DNA from: an uncultured Candidatus Saccharibacteria bacterium
GTDB taxonomy: Bacteria > Patescibacteriota > Saccharimonadia > Saccharimonadales > AWTP1-31
Assembly (NCBI GenBank): GCA_937903325.1
Contig: CALCZR010000060.1
Coordinates: 82,404-146,403, forward strand
Length of the DNA stretch: 64,000 bases
Direction: 5' to 3'
Part shown: positions 16,493 through 25,909 of the stretch, one piece after another
Position numbering within the stretch: the stretch's first letter is position 1
Layout of the letters: the number at the start of each line of letters is the position of its first letter
Program-made: the position numbers and the translations under genes
Notes under the pieces: generated by a model
Database searches by the model: none
Seen by the model: only the letters and a program-made list of their open reading frames with translations
What the model was told of the DNA's origin: nothing

Positions 16493-19400
16493 TTACCTTC
16501 TATTACTTTTTCGTTTGTGCAGCACAAGCAGCCCTGTTGATGTCAGTAGCAGCACCAGTGGGACGGTGACCATAATCTGCTGCCCGGTCTGACCCAACCC
16601 ACCATCCGATTGGGAATCACCTCCACTATTTGACCCATCACCATTATTGCTACCATTATCTGTCGGAGGATCAACACCTGGTGCAGTATAGGTGGCAAGA
16701 GCTAGCCCATTGTCATTATTGGACTGTAATGTGTCGATCATATCGTTGTTATAGCTATTGAATATGCGGTATAGGTTGGCATTGGTCGGATCGGCTGGCA
16801 CACCAAAGGTAAAGAAAGCACTTGTGAAGCTATCGGGCGCAGTTGCCGTAGTAACGTTAATGTCGACTGTTATGCTCTCGCCACTCGGCAAGCTCGACAT
16901 CGAACCAACATACGTACACAGGAGCATACTGTATCCTGGGTGATCCTCTAGCAAAGGCCCCATAAGTGCAGCGGAGTTAGGCCCACCCCACTGGCAATTC
17001 ACATCGGAATTTACACTGCCCACTAACGTTAAGTTGGGCGCTAGAATACCCACGAACAGAGCATTGGAAAGCGGGTTGAAAACAGCTTGTCCGTCGAGGT
17101 AGCGGGGGTCCATTGGGAAGGGACCATTATTAATAAATTCCACTCGATACGTTAGATTGGCGCCAGGCGCCACATCTTCGGGATTTACGAGTACAGCCTC
17201 TAGACTAGCGTCCGCCGGCTGGCTGTAGGCACGAGTGTAGTTATTGACCCCTTGCGATAGGAGAACATCGAAAAGGTCATTACCCGACCCTGCAGCTTCG
17301 CCAACTGCAGGTCCATCTGGATCGTTTACATCGGTATTAGCAAACTGCGCCAGTACATGAACAAAGAATTCTGGCTGCGAAGCATCAGTGACTTCGGCCG
17401 ATACTGTATAGGAGATGCTTTGTCCGCTCGCGAATATTGTACTGCCTCCGGTATGTGCACAAACTACTATGGAGTGGTCAGGATGGTTGGGGAGCACTCC
17501 ATCGGCGAGCGCCCCATACGCAGAACACGCCACATTACTACCAGCGACACCCGTATAGGTGAGTGATGGTGGCAGGAAGGCCATAAATAAGTCGGTACCC
17601 GCAAAGGGTAAAGGATCGTTTAACATGTTTAGGTCGAAGTCGTCTGGGCCATTATTGGTAAGTGTAATCTGGTAATTTAGTACCCCACCAACCTCAAAAT
17701 CTTCTGGATTCAGCAGCACTGCACTAGATGAAAAGTCCGATACCTCTTCGTAAGTGTATTTCGTTTCGTCGAAGTTATTGAATGAATTAGTCAACATCTC
17801 GGCGATGATATCGTTACCGCTCGTGATCGCGTCTTGGTACAGGTTCCGGTTCGGATCAAAAGTTGGAGTATTTGCGATGGTGTAGACGAGTAGATCCTGT
17901 TTACCTTCTTGGACCTCCGCCGAGATGGTATATGTCCGAGACTGGCCAGAATTGAGCATGCTAGTACCACTCGTATGGGCGCATACTACAATGCTATAAT
18001 CCGCGTGATCGGCAAACAAACCACCTTGTGAGCCCGCCGAACCAGGCCCACCATCAACACAACTCAGTCCAGAACCGCTCGCTTGACTAAACACCAGGTC
18101 ACTCGGCAAGATTAGGGCGAACAAGTAGTCTGAACTAAAGTTGGACTGGTCGAGCTCATCTAAGTTAAGATTGTCTGGTCCGTTATTCTTTAGCGTGACT
18201 TCGTAATTAAGGATATTCCCGGCAGCCACGTCCTCAGGATTTTGTAATGCAGTAGTAGCCTCTAGGTCAATGTCCCTTATGAGTAGAGAACCCTCCGTAC
18301 CAAATTCACTGGTCGCACCAAAGCCACTAGGCGAAGCAACGTTCTCTTCTGTGGCAGTCAGCGATAGGTTATCGTGCCCCACTCCAGGAATAAGGAAATC
18401 GAATTCCTCCAGCCCTATCCCGCTCGAAGTAACACTAATACTATCGATATAAGTCTGCCCCTCTCCGGGATAGTCAGGGTCGGCAGTGTCGTTACTAAAG
18501 AACTCGATCCGGTAATCACCGGCAGGTACATCCATAGTAAATTTACCCTCTGTATTGCCGCCATCCTCGATAATTTCAGTGTAACCAGGGGCATTCAGGC
18601 CACCGTTCGGTCCCGTATCATTATCCCCGCCATCACCAGTGTTCGTGCCAGATAGTAAAATACCTTTACCATTATTATCATCAATACTATTACCTAGGAT
18701 TGATATGCGCTGCGCGTTATCCCTTAAATCTATTCCCGGTCCGTTCGTAGTGTGTACGATAGTATTTTCTAAAATCAACACATCCTCGGTGTTTTCGGCG
18801 ATTATGATTCCCCAGTAGTTGGGGAACGCCGTGGTGCCATTGCCCATAACGCCAATTTTATTGCCTTCGATAACAATGTTATCTGACGCCGCAGCGGTTA
18901 GGGCCGAGTCACGGATATCTATAGCCTCCCGCTGACTGCCGGAAATTATATTGGCAGCCGCGCCAGCACCACCAATTGTAGAGTTAGTGACCCCTTGGAA
19001 TGAAATACCGGTTTTCTGAGGTCCGTTGTTTGCGAGGTTATAGAGTATTCGGTTTCCAAGAATTGATATGTTACTGGAGTCTTGCCCAAAAATAGCTCCT
19101 TCGGCGTTATGCTCAAACGAGTTACCTGCCCCACTTGCGCTACCGCCAATGGTTACGTCCGAAGCATCGCCAAGAATGACCACGGCCGCCTGACGGTTAG
19201 CTCCATAACTAGAGAAATAGGTTGTATCCAAACTAGTTACCCCGTCGGAAGCAAGCCCAACATAATTACCCAAAATTTCAGTTCCGGTATTAGCGCTGCC
19301 TCGTACCTCAATACAGTTGAGCGCACAGAAGCCAAATATGTTTCGGGCCGAACCTGTCGTGCCCCCAACTACGGCGTTACTCGTATCGTCCAAGATGAGC

Positions 19401-19981
19401 GACCGGGTAGGCACAATATCATCCCTGCCACGTTCCATGCCGTTCGGCGTAGTGCCAGTGTAATTACCGTAAAAGTGGAAATTGGCGGCTCCAGTAACTG
19501 TCACATCCGCATCGGTTGAGTTGGCAAAGTTAATACCCTGTATAGTAACGTTATTACCGGTCACCTCCATGGATCCCGCTGTTGAACCATCAATAGTAAC
19601 CCGGAGCAGTCCATTGAACGGATTAGGCCAAACTGCCGTGTTAGCCTGAGCATCGCCCTGGCTATAGCCATTAATAAGCACACGCTGCGTAACGGTCAGT
19701 GGCGTTAGTGGCTCAATAACTACATCTCCGGGGGCGTCGGCATTGATGTCGAAGGTAATAGTGTCGGTATCGGCAGGGTTACCATTACCATTTGCCGTGG
19801 CAAGTGCCGCTCGCAGCGATCCAGCACCCGAATCGTTAGTGTTGGTTACTATAATGTTTACGGGCGCCGCGTTAACTATAGGCACACCATTTGGAGCCAA
19901 TTGACTATACGCCGCTACCGCTAAGGTTGCCACAAACGATACGGCTAGAAGTCGTGAAGTTTTAATACGCATAGTTATCAA
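16493..19981 (-). CDS. Wall-anchored surface protein: signal peptide, right-handed parallel beta-helix region, three DUF11-like repeats, LGQTG sorting signal
   Basis: An N-terminal signal peptide is present. Many short G/N/I-rich beta-helix turns follow (..NIISGS.., ..ILGN..). There are three repeats: LNYEVTLKNNGPD, LNYQITLTNNGPD and LTYRVEFINNGP. The C-terminus is LGQTG plus a hydrophobic stretch plus KRKSNRR. Confidence 0.75.
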   Translation of the reverse strand: MITMRIKTSRLLAVSFVATLAVAAYSQLAPNGVPIVNAAPVNIIVTNTNDSGAGSLRAALATANGNGNPADTDTITFDINADAPGDVVIEPLTPLTVTQRVLINGYSQGDAQANTAVWPNPFNGLLRVTIDGSTAGSMEVTGNNVTIQGINFANSTDADVTVTGAANFHFYGNYTGTTPNGMERGRDDIVPTRSLILDDTSNAVVGGTTGSARNIFGFCALNCIEVRGSANTGTEILGNYVGLASDGVTSLDTTYFSSYGANRQAAVVILGDASDVTIGGSASGAGNSFEHNAEGAIFGQDSSNISILGNRILYNLANNGPQKTGISFQGVTNSTIGGAGAAANIISGSQREAIDIRDSALTAAASDNIVIEGNKIGVMGNGTTAFPNYWGIIIAENTEDVLILENTIVHTTNGPGIDLRDNAQRISILGNSIDDNNGKGILLSGTNTGDGGDNDTGPNGGLNAPGYTEIIEDGGNTEGKFTMDVPAGDYRIEFFSNDTADPDYPGEGQTYIDSISVTSSGIGLEEFDFLIPGVGHDNLSLTATEENVASPSGFGATSEFGTEGSLLIRDIDLEATTALQNPEDVAAGNILNYEVTLKNNGPDNLNLDELDQSNFSSDYLFALILPSDLVFSQASGSGLSCVDGGPGSAGSQGGLFADHADYSIVVCAHTSGTSMLNSGQSRTYTISAEVQEGKQDLLVYTIANTPTFDPNRNLYQDAITSGNDIIAEMLTNSFNNFDETKYTYEEVSDFSSSAVLLNPEDFEVGGVLNYQITLTNNGPDDFDLNMLNDPLPFAGTDLFMAFLPPSLTYTGVAGSNVACSAYGALADGVLPNHPDHSIVVCAHTGGSTIFASGQSISYTVSAEVTDASQPEFFVHVLAQFANTDVNDPDGPAVGEAAGSGNDLFDVLLSQGVNNYTRAYSQPADASLEAVLVNPEDVAPGANLTYRVEFINNGPFPMDPRYLDGQAVFNPLSNALFVGILAPNLTLVGSVNSDVNCQWGGPNSAALMGPLLEDHPGYSMLLCTYVGSMSSLPSGESITVDINVTTATAPDSFTSAFFTFGVPADPTNANLYRIFNSYNNDMIDTLQSNNDNGLALATYTAPGVDPPTDNGSNNGDGSNSGGDSQSDGGLGQTGQQIMVTVPLVLLLTSTGLLVLHKRKSNRR

Positions 19982-22298
19982 TCGTTACATTAGCATCAGT
20001 CTTAAGGATTAGATTTCCGGATGACCCCAAGTCGGTACCATACTGTCCAGCCACCAATACAGCAGCGTGGCTAGCTCGATAGCCCTTGTCGTCACGCAAC
20101 AGATATATGGAACCATTGGCAGGAATGACCGAACCGGCGGGGATTGTGTAATTGATACCTTCGACGACCCAATCAGAAATATCAACAGGCGTATTGGCGC
20201 CGTTAGTGAGCTTAATGTACTCGTCACTGTTGGTACCGCTAGCCACCACCTCGTCAATACTAACCGATTGCTTCTGGCCAAGGGTTTGCGAACTTGGTAT
20301 AGCCCAAGAATCACGGTAGTAAGCGCCGTACAACAACTTGAGCTCTGCAAGTACGGCCAGGTCTTTCTCTTTTGTTTCTCGCACATAGCCTACCCACTTC
20401 GCTTGGTCGGCGGCATTCAGATCTGCATAATCGTCTGCGAATTCTTCGTACTTATTAAGAAGTCCGTCATTGGTGTAGAATCTGTCGACAAGCGTACTTA
20501 AGCGCCGGTAGTACGCTGCACGCAGGTCGGGCTCATCGTAGATAGCCTGTAAGAAGAATCGGGAATTGGTAGGCAGTACACCCGTATTGTCATAGACGTT
20601 AATGTTAGTTTTAGGCTTAATGGAGATCAGGTCGCCATCATGGTCCCACGGCAAAGCCTCCCAGCGATCTGTAGTATTTGAGCGATAATAGAAGATATTC
20701 TGAGTTCGAGTGAAGTCATAGTGTTGGGTTATGGCCGCCATAGCCATGTAGTTAATAAGTGCCGGGATATTATTTTCGTCTAATACATAGTCACGCTTGG
20801 CGGCATCTTTGCGGTCCACTGTCATGTGGTCTTTCCAAGTCTCAAGATCATTGATGTTAGCCGCACCATTTTCGATGGTGAAGTAATCTTCGAATAGCTG
20901 CCCGCCGTTAAAGCCGTTGGCTTGCCGCCACTGCGACTGGTACTTATCGACCATAATGTATGCGCCTTCAAACTGTCCATTACGCCGGAGCTCAGTTATC
21001 TGGTTGTTCGTAGTTGTTAGTCCACCCTGCTCCATAGCCCAATAGACCGTAGGTAACTTGCCTGCTTCGTTGGCTTTGTAGTTGGCGTTTAAATGAAACT
21101 CTTTAATGTTTGGCGTCATACCTGGATAGGTCAGTGTGTGTCCAGCAGGCAGATCAACCTTCAGGCTCTTCTTTGGGAATCCCAGCGTATTACTGCCCTT
21201 GGCTCGTACGCTTGCGTTATCATACACCTCGTTACCATACACTATAACTGCCGGGTACTGATTTACTATCTGCAGGTCAGCCTGGGCGTACATGTCGTCA
21301 TAGTCGGCATCGGTAATAAACCATTGTAAAAGGGGAGCCTCATTATACGTGGCGCTCGGATCTTTGACGTAATAACCGTTATACGTCATCGAGTCATCTA
21401 CACTTGGTGAGCTCTGAGTACCGCTGCTGTTGGTTGCTTCAATCCTAAACCTCACCAGCGTATTAACAGATTGTGCGGGAATAGCATTAGCACCATACAC
21501 GTTATCTCCCGCTCCACCATCGTTATGAGCCCCATCATCAAACATAGTAACGGTTGCGTCGCTCGTAAAACCGATCTTATATTTTAATATGACACTCGTA
21601 ATGCCAGTTCCGGTAATAGTGGCTGTTATATTAACTGCTTGACCAGCGGTAATATTGTTAGGATCAGTCACGTTTGTAATGCTTGGCAGGCTCAGCCCGA
21701 ATACACTATTCTGCGCCAAAGGCGTACCGCCATTACTAACACTGCCCGCCCAGCTTGCTGCCAAAGAGTTATCGAGGTTTGGCGCTTTGAGCTCCAGCGA
21801 CTTACCTGTCCCTGCCGGCGTTAATGGCCATGGAGTATTTCGGGAATACGTAACAGTGTCCATAATGGCTGAGGTATTATCTACTAAAGTGACGGTTTCG
21901 CCACTATTACTAAGGTTGCCAGTATACGTCCCACTTGTTGTCTTGCCATAAGTATTCATCGTATTGGTAGCGTTGGGCGAAATAAGAAGATACCCACCAG
22001 CGGTAATGGTTGTGCCAGGGGTGAACGTCAGGGTTATTCCTTGATTAAAACTCCAGCCAGTCAAATCAATGCTTGAGCCGGTGGTATTGTACAGTTCCAG
22101 AAATTCATCATCCTGAGTACCAGTGTTTGGGTTATACATCATCTCATTGATGACCACATCCCCGGGCACAGCGGCACTTACTAGAGCGGGCTTACCAACC
22201 AGACACGCCCCAACTGATAGCATTACGGCTAGAACCAAAAGCAATGCTCCGGAATCCAAAGTCAAAAATCTGTGCATGATTGTTTTGGGCACCCTCAT
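19962..22298 (-). CDS. CotH-family (atypical kinase-like) protein flanked by lamin-tail (LTD) domains
   Basis: The N-terminal LTD signature is VVINEMMYNP...DEFLELYNTTGSSIDLTGWSF. The C-terminal LTD signature is DEYIKLTNGANTPVDISDW. The central region is of CotH type. It overlaps the downstream adhesin gene by 20 nt. Confidence 0.7.
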   Translation of the reverse strand: MRVPKTIMHRFLTLDSGALLLVLAVMLSVGACLVGKPALVSAAVPGDVVINEMMYNPNTGTQDDEFLELYNTTGSSIDLTGWSFNQGITLTFTPGTTITAGGYLLISPNATNTMNTYGKTTSGTYTGNLSNSGETVTLVDNTSAIMDTVTYSRNTPWPLTPAGTGKSLELKAPNLDNSLAASWAGSVSNGGTPLAQNSVFGLSLPSITNVTDPNNITAGQAVNITATITGTGITSVILKYKIGFTSDATVTMFDDGAHNDGGAGDNVYGANAIPAQSVNTLVRFRIEATNSSGTQSSPSVDDSMTYNGYYVKDPSATYNEAPLLQWFITDADYDDMYAQADLQIVNQYPAVIVYGNEVYDNASVRAKGSNTLGFPKKSLKVDLPAGHTLTYPGMTPNIKEFHLNANYKANEAGKLPTVYWAMEQGGLTTTNNQITELRRNGQFEGAYIMVDKYQSQWRQANGFNGGQLFEDYFTIENGAANINDLETWKDHMTVDRKDAAKRDYVLDENNIPALINYMAMAAITQHYDFTRTQNIFYYRSNTTDRWEALPWDHDGDLISIKPKTNINVYDNTGVLPTNSRFFLQAIYDEPDLRAAYYRRLSTLVDRFYTNDGLLNKYEEFADDYADLNAADQAKWVGYVRETKEKDLAVLAELKLLYGAYYRDSWAIPSSQTLGQKQSVSIDEVVASGTNSDEYIKLTNGANTPVDISDWVVEGINYTIPAGSVIPANGSIYLLRDDKGYRASHAAVLVAGQYGTDLGSSGNLILKTDANVTIDNYAY

Positions 22299-22391
22299 AG
22301 ATTACCTACATTTTACCATAAGTGTCTTATTAATTGTTGGTTGTAGGCTTACTAGCATATAACCTTATCTTGCAAAGCCTTAGGACAACAA

Positions 22392-22419
22392 ACCTCGTCG
22401 CAAGCGACAAGGTGACTTG
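22392..22419 (-). terminator. Conserved hairpin immediately after the replication-relaxation-like gene (terminator or oriT-type structure), copy 1
   Basis: The minus strand after the stop reads CAAGTC ACCTTGTCGC-TT-GCGACGAGGT, a 10-bp stem with one G.U pair. The same structure and flank occur at 37946..37975. Confidence 0.45.
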
Positions 22420-23250
22420 TCATTTTGTCAAAATGCCAAGTGTAGTTGGCTCGTCTTCTCCCACTAGACGCCATATTACGTCAGAACTGGGCTTTGCTTC
22501 AGCTAAGGCTTGTCTGGTTGTCGTATAAAACTGCATGTCTACTCCAGAATAACTTAGCTTCTTCTCGATGTACTTGTGGAGCGTTTTTTCGCTACTCTTG
22601 CGTTCAACTACTAGCAGTACGTCTGGATATTCTTTGCCTATCTCCTGCCACTCAACCGAATCACAGTGCTTTATGTAGCTCGTTATCTTCCGTTTAACGA
22701 ACAGTAGTCCAGCAAGATCGTCTACGGAGTCAACATAGAAGCGTCTCTCTGTTGCTGCATCTTTGGTTTTCAAGTGCGCATCTGGTAGCTGTGGTGGTGT
22801 GTCGTCACGCCCTGCAAGCTCTGTTTTAGTGTAAAAGCTAAAAGTATCCGGATATAGCCTACGAAACAGGTTGTAGAGATCGAAAATACCTAGAGAGTGA
22901 GCAATAAACTGCGGACTGGCCGTTTTATCGCCATAAAGATTCTTGAGATCGGCAGTGTTTAGGCTGCCCAAGTCCTTTAGTACTCGGATGCCTTTTGGAA
23001 GAATGAAGTATTCAGCATAGCGACGATCTATGCGGTAGGTATCGTTATAGTGTCGTCCGATGTATTCCTGATCGTACAGTACTTTTAATCTATCGTTGTG
23101 GGTTGCTTGGTATTTGTGACCCTGTGCAGTTTGAAGTAGTCCTACGGTTATGAATCTAAATTTGTAGAGTAACTTGAGTAGTAGGATTTGTTTGTCGTTG
23201 AGTGGGCGACGGTATTTTGGTTGTTTGGATGGAGGTATAGGCTTAGTCAT
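22420..23250 (-). CDS. Replication-relaxation (Replic_Relax)-like protein, candidate relaxase/initiator of the element
   Basis: It has an N-terminal winged-helix-like region ..LLLKLLYKFRFITVGLL....RLKVLYDQEYI.. It is a paralog of 37976..38803. No canonical MOB relaxase is present in the elements. The family call is made from memory of the domain pattern. Confidence 0.5.
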   Translation of the reverse strand: MTKPIPPSKQPKYRRPLNDKQILLLKLLYKFRFITVGLLQTAQGHKYQATHNDRLKVLYDQEYIGRHYNDTYRIDRRYAEYFILPKGIRVLKDLGSLNTADLKNLYGDKTASPQFIAHSLGIFDLYNLFRRLYPDTFSFYTKTELAGRDDTPPQLPDAHLKTKDAATERRFYVDSVDDLAGLLFVKRKITSYIKHCDSVEWQEIGKEYPDVLLVVERKSSEKTLHKYIEKKLSYSGVDMQFYTTTRQALAEAKPSSDVIWRLVGEDEPTTLGILTK

Positions 23251-23486
23251 GATGTTGTGCGTTGGTTATTGTAGCGCGCGTTACATGGTCCATTCGCTTT
23301 ATAGAATATATAAAAGGAAAGAGAATATTTAATGCTATTAACAGTTTAAACATCCATAGATAGACACTATATGCTAAAAATACCTACTTATCTACAGGAA
23401 TTACGGGAAAATACCATAAAAAGGTATTGAACTACCACTATTTTCTATAGTAAACTATAACTATAATCAATAGTTTTAGGGTAGAT

Positions 23487-23627
23487 ATGATTGATTCTAG
23501 AGGGTTAGAGAAACAGTCAAAGATCGAGGAAAGTACCGATACGAGCGAAACGGAACGTATAGACTTGCTGGCCGATTTACTACTTGAACTAGCATTAGAG
23601 GAAGAAAGCAATGCAGCCTCCTCGTAA
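23487..23627 (+). CDS. Conserved 46-aa acidic sORF overlapping the recombinase start (candidate directionality factor/regulator)
   Basis: It was hand-translated as MIDSRGLEKQSKIEESTDTSETERIDLLADLLLELALEEESNAASS. It has the same length, position and ..LLAD(L/I)L.. core as the sORF at 39109..39249. It falls below the ORF-track size cut-off. Confidence 0.5.
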   Translation: MIDSRGLEKQSKIEESTDTSETERIDLLADLLLELALEEESNAASS

Positions 23628-25416
23628 TCGCAATGCCGTTGCCGCGATTCGCGTATCCACCACCAAACAAGGCCGTGATGGTGACTCCCCCGAAGCCCAG
23701 AAAGAGCAGATTGAGCGCTTTGCCACAAATAAAGGCATTGTTATCAAGAAAATCTTTGTCTTTATGGAATCGGCTAGTAAAGAACAACAGCCGATGCAGG
23801 AAGCCATAAACTACTGCAAGAATCCAAAGAACAAAGTAGACCTGTTCATTATTAAATCCATCGACCGTTTTACGCGTGGTGGCTCACTATCTTACGATCT
23901 GCTCAAAACCCAGCTAGACGGCTACGGCATTACGCTCACCGATACTTACGGCGTCATTAGCCAGGAACAGGTGAACACCCTGGAACATCTCGGTCATGAA
24001 TATAAATGGAGCACCTATTCACCGAGCCGTAAGTCCGAGATGCTTGAAGCCGAGCGCTCTAAAGACGAAGTTCGCGATATTTTGAGTCGTGTCATTGGTG
24101 CCGAGATACGTTACACCCAAATGGGCTATTGGATGCGTCAGCCACCATACGGCTTTGTAAGCGAGAAAACCGAAACCCAGCATGGCAAGCGAACCATACT
24201 CAAACCTCATCCAGTAGAGGCGAAGTTCATCATTAAGATGTTTGAGCTGCGAGCCAGTAGACAGTTTAGTGACAAAGAAATAGCCGCCAAACTTAACGAC
24301 ATGGGCTACCGTGGCCGACCACAATATCGGCGCTCCAAGACCGACCATAGCCGCGTTATCGGAAAAACCGAGGGCGTGCCACTCGACGACCGTAAGCTCT
24401 GGAAGATGGTCAGAAATCCCATCTACGCAGGCGTAAACGTCGAGAAATGGACAAAGTACCAGCCGGTAAAGTGCATGTTCGACGGTTTAATTTCAGTTGA
24501 TCTATTTAACCGAGCCAACAAAGGCAAACGGACGATCGTCGAAATGCCTGGCAACAAGATCGCTATTAGTGACAGCGTCGCTCAACGGAACGCCACCCCA
24601 CAAGGAACACGCAACAACGACTTCGCTTTCAAGCACTATGTCATGTGTCCGCAGTGCAATAAGCCACTGTCTGGTAGCACCTCACGCGGTAAGACTGGCA
24701 AATACTATTCGTACTACCACTGCGATAAAAGAGGCCACAAGTTTAGGGTCAGCAAAGAAGACCTTGAAACCCACGTTTACAGCTTTATAGACGGCATGGA
24801 GTTCTCGCAGGAACGCATAGGCAAGGTATTTACGGCCGTGCGTAAGAAATACGAGCAGCATGTGGCCACATACGAGGCTCAGACTGTAGCTCTAAACAGT
24901 CAGATAACCACCCTTGAAGCTAAAGCCCGTGAACTCACCAAAAGCTTCGCTACTATTGCTCCTTCGGCTCAGAAGTACGTTAACGAAGAGCTAGAGGATA
25001 TTGATAACCAAATTAAACACGTAAGTCTAGAAAGGACACGTATGGAAGGTAAAAAACCACTCGATATAGACAAGATTCTAAGCAGGGTCAGAAAGTTTTC
25101 CGAAAACATTGGTCAGGTGATCGCTCAACAGAGTAATGACATCAAGAAAGCCCAGCTTTTTGGGCTTATATTCAACACATTACCGACTTACAATGATTTA
25201 GCTTTCCGAAACCAAAAAACACCCCTTTTTACAGGGGTGAATCCGATCTTTAGCCTGCTGGCTGATGATAATTTTCCTCTGGTGAGCTTATCGAGATCAA
25301 GGTCAAACACCCTAACAGATGATATATTACTCACAGATATAAAACTCCAGAAACTAGGCATCATAGAATCTAAAGGTAGTTTTATATTTATACCAGAGGG
25401 AGTAGATAATGTTTAA
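23611..25416 (+). CDS. Large serine recombinase (integrase), full length
   Basis: The resolvase catalytic region is AVAAIRVSTTKQGRDGDSPEAQ. A recombinase domain is present. The zinc ribbon is CPQCNKPLSGSTSRGKTGKYYSYYHCDKRGH, followed by a coiled-coil. Confidence 0.9.
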   Translation: MQPPRNRNAVAAIRVSTTKQGRDGDSPEAQKEQIERFATNKGIVIKKIFVFMESASKEQQPMQEAINYCKNPKNKVDLFIIKSIDRFTRGGSLSYDLLKTQLDGYGITLTDTYGVISQEQVNTLEHLGHEYKWSTYSPSRKSEMLEAERSKDEVRDILSRVIGAEIRYTQMGYWMRQPPYGFVSEKTETQHGKRTILKPHPVEAKFIIKMFELRASRQFSDKEIAAKLNDMGYRGRPQYRRSKTDHSRVIGKTEGVPLDDRKLWKMVRNPIYAGVNVEKWTKYQPVKCMFDGLISVDLFNRANKGKRTIVEMPGNKIAISDSVAQRNATPQGTRNNDFAFKHYVMCPQCNKPLSGSTSRGKTGKYYSYYHCDKRGHKFRVSKEDLETHVYSFIDGMEFSQERIGKVFTAVRKKYEQHVATYEAQTVALNSQITTLEAKARELTKSFATIAPSAQKYVNEELEDIDNQIKHVSLERTRMEGKKPLDIDKILSRVRKFSENIGQVIAQQSNDIKKAQLFGLIFNTLPTYNDLAFRNQKTPLFTGVNPIFSLLADDNFPLVSLSRSRSNTLTDDILLTDIKLQKLGIIESKGSFIFIPEGVDNV

Positions 25417-25894
25417 TTTCAGACAAGTTAGTAGAAAATCCGGCACCGATCTACTCAATTCTGAGCTATACGATGAGAAGAGTTTTTACGGATCATTCGT
25501 AAAGGACTTAAAGTCTGCTGAGAAATCGATAGTTATAGAAAGTCCATTTTTGACAGAAAAACGAGCAGTTCAATTTTCAAAGCTATTCAAAAGACTGTAT
25601 AAGAGAGGTATTTATCTTAGGGTTAATACACGGGACCCAAAACACCACGATAAACTTCTTGAAATCCAAGCATGGAAAGCAATTAAGGTACTTCGCAAAG
25701 CCAGGGTTAAAGTATATATTTGCAGCGATATGCGACACAGAAAACTAGCTATCATCGATAATACAATACTCTGGGATGGGAGCTTGAATATAATGTCTCA
25801 ATCTAACAGCAAGGAAATAATGAGGCGGACTCGCTCTGAAGCACTTTGCAAACAGATGATACAGTTCACGAAGTTAAATAATAGATTTTGGTGA
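25409..25894 (+). CDS. PLD/HKD-family (Nuc-like) nuclease/phosphodiesterase
   Basis: The HKD motif is HRKLAIIDNTILWDGSLN. The start overlaps the recombinase stop (AATGTTTAA), exactly as at 4258. Confidence 0.8.
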   Translation: MFNFRQVSRKSGTDLLNSELYDEKSFYGSFVKDLKSAEKSIVIESPFLTEKRAVQFSKLFKRLYKRGIYLRVNTRDPKHHDKLLEIQAWKAIKVLRKARVKVYICSDMRHRKLAIIDNTILWDGSLNIMSQSNSKEIMRRTRSEALCKQMIQFTKLNNRFW

Positions 25895-25909
25895 TATAAT
25901 GGGCAGATT

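Noticed and set aside
23438-23807. Three overlapping minus-strand ORFs (70-96 aa) across the intergenic region and the recombinase 5' end.
   Set aside because: They are antisense to the conserved sORF and the recombinase catalytic region, and they are not conserved in the sister element.
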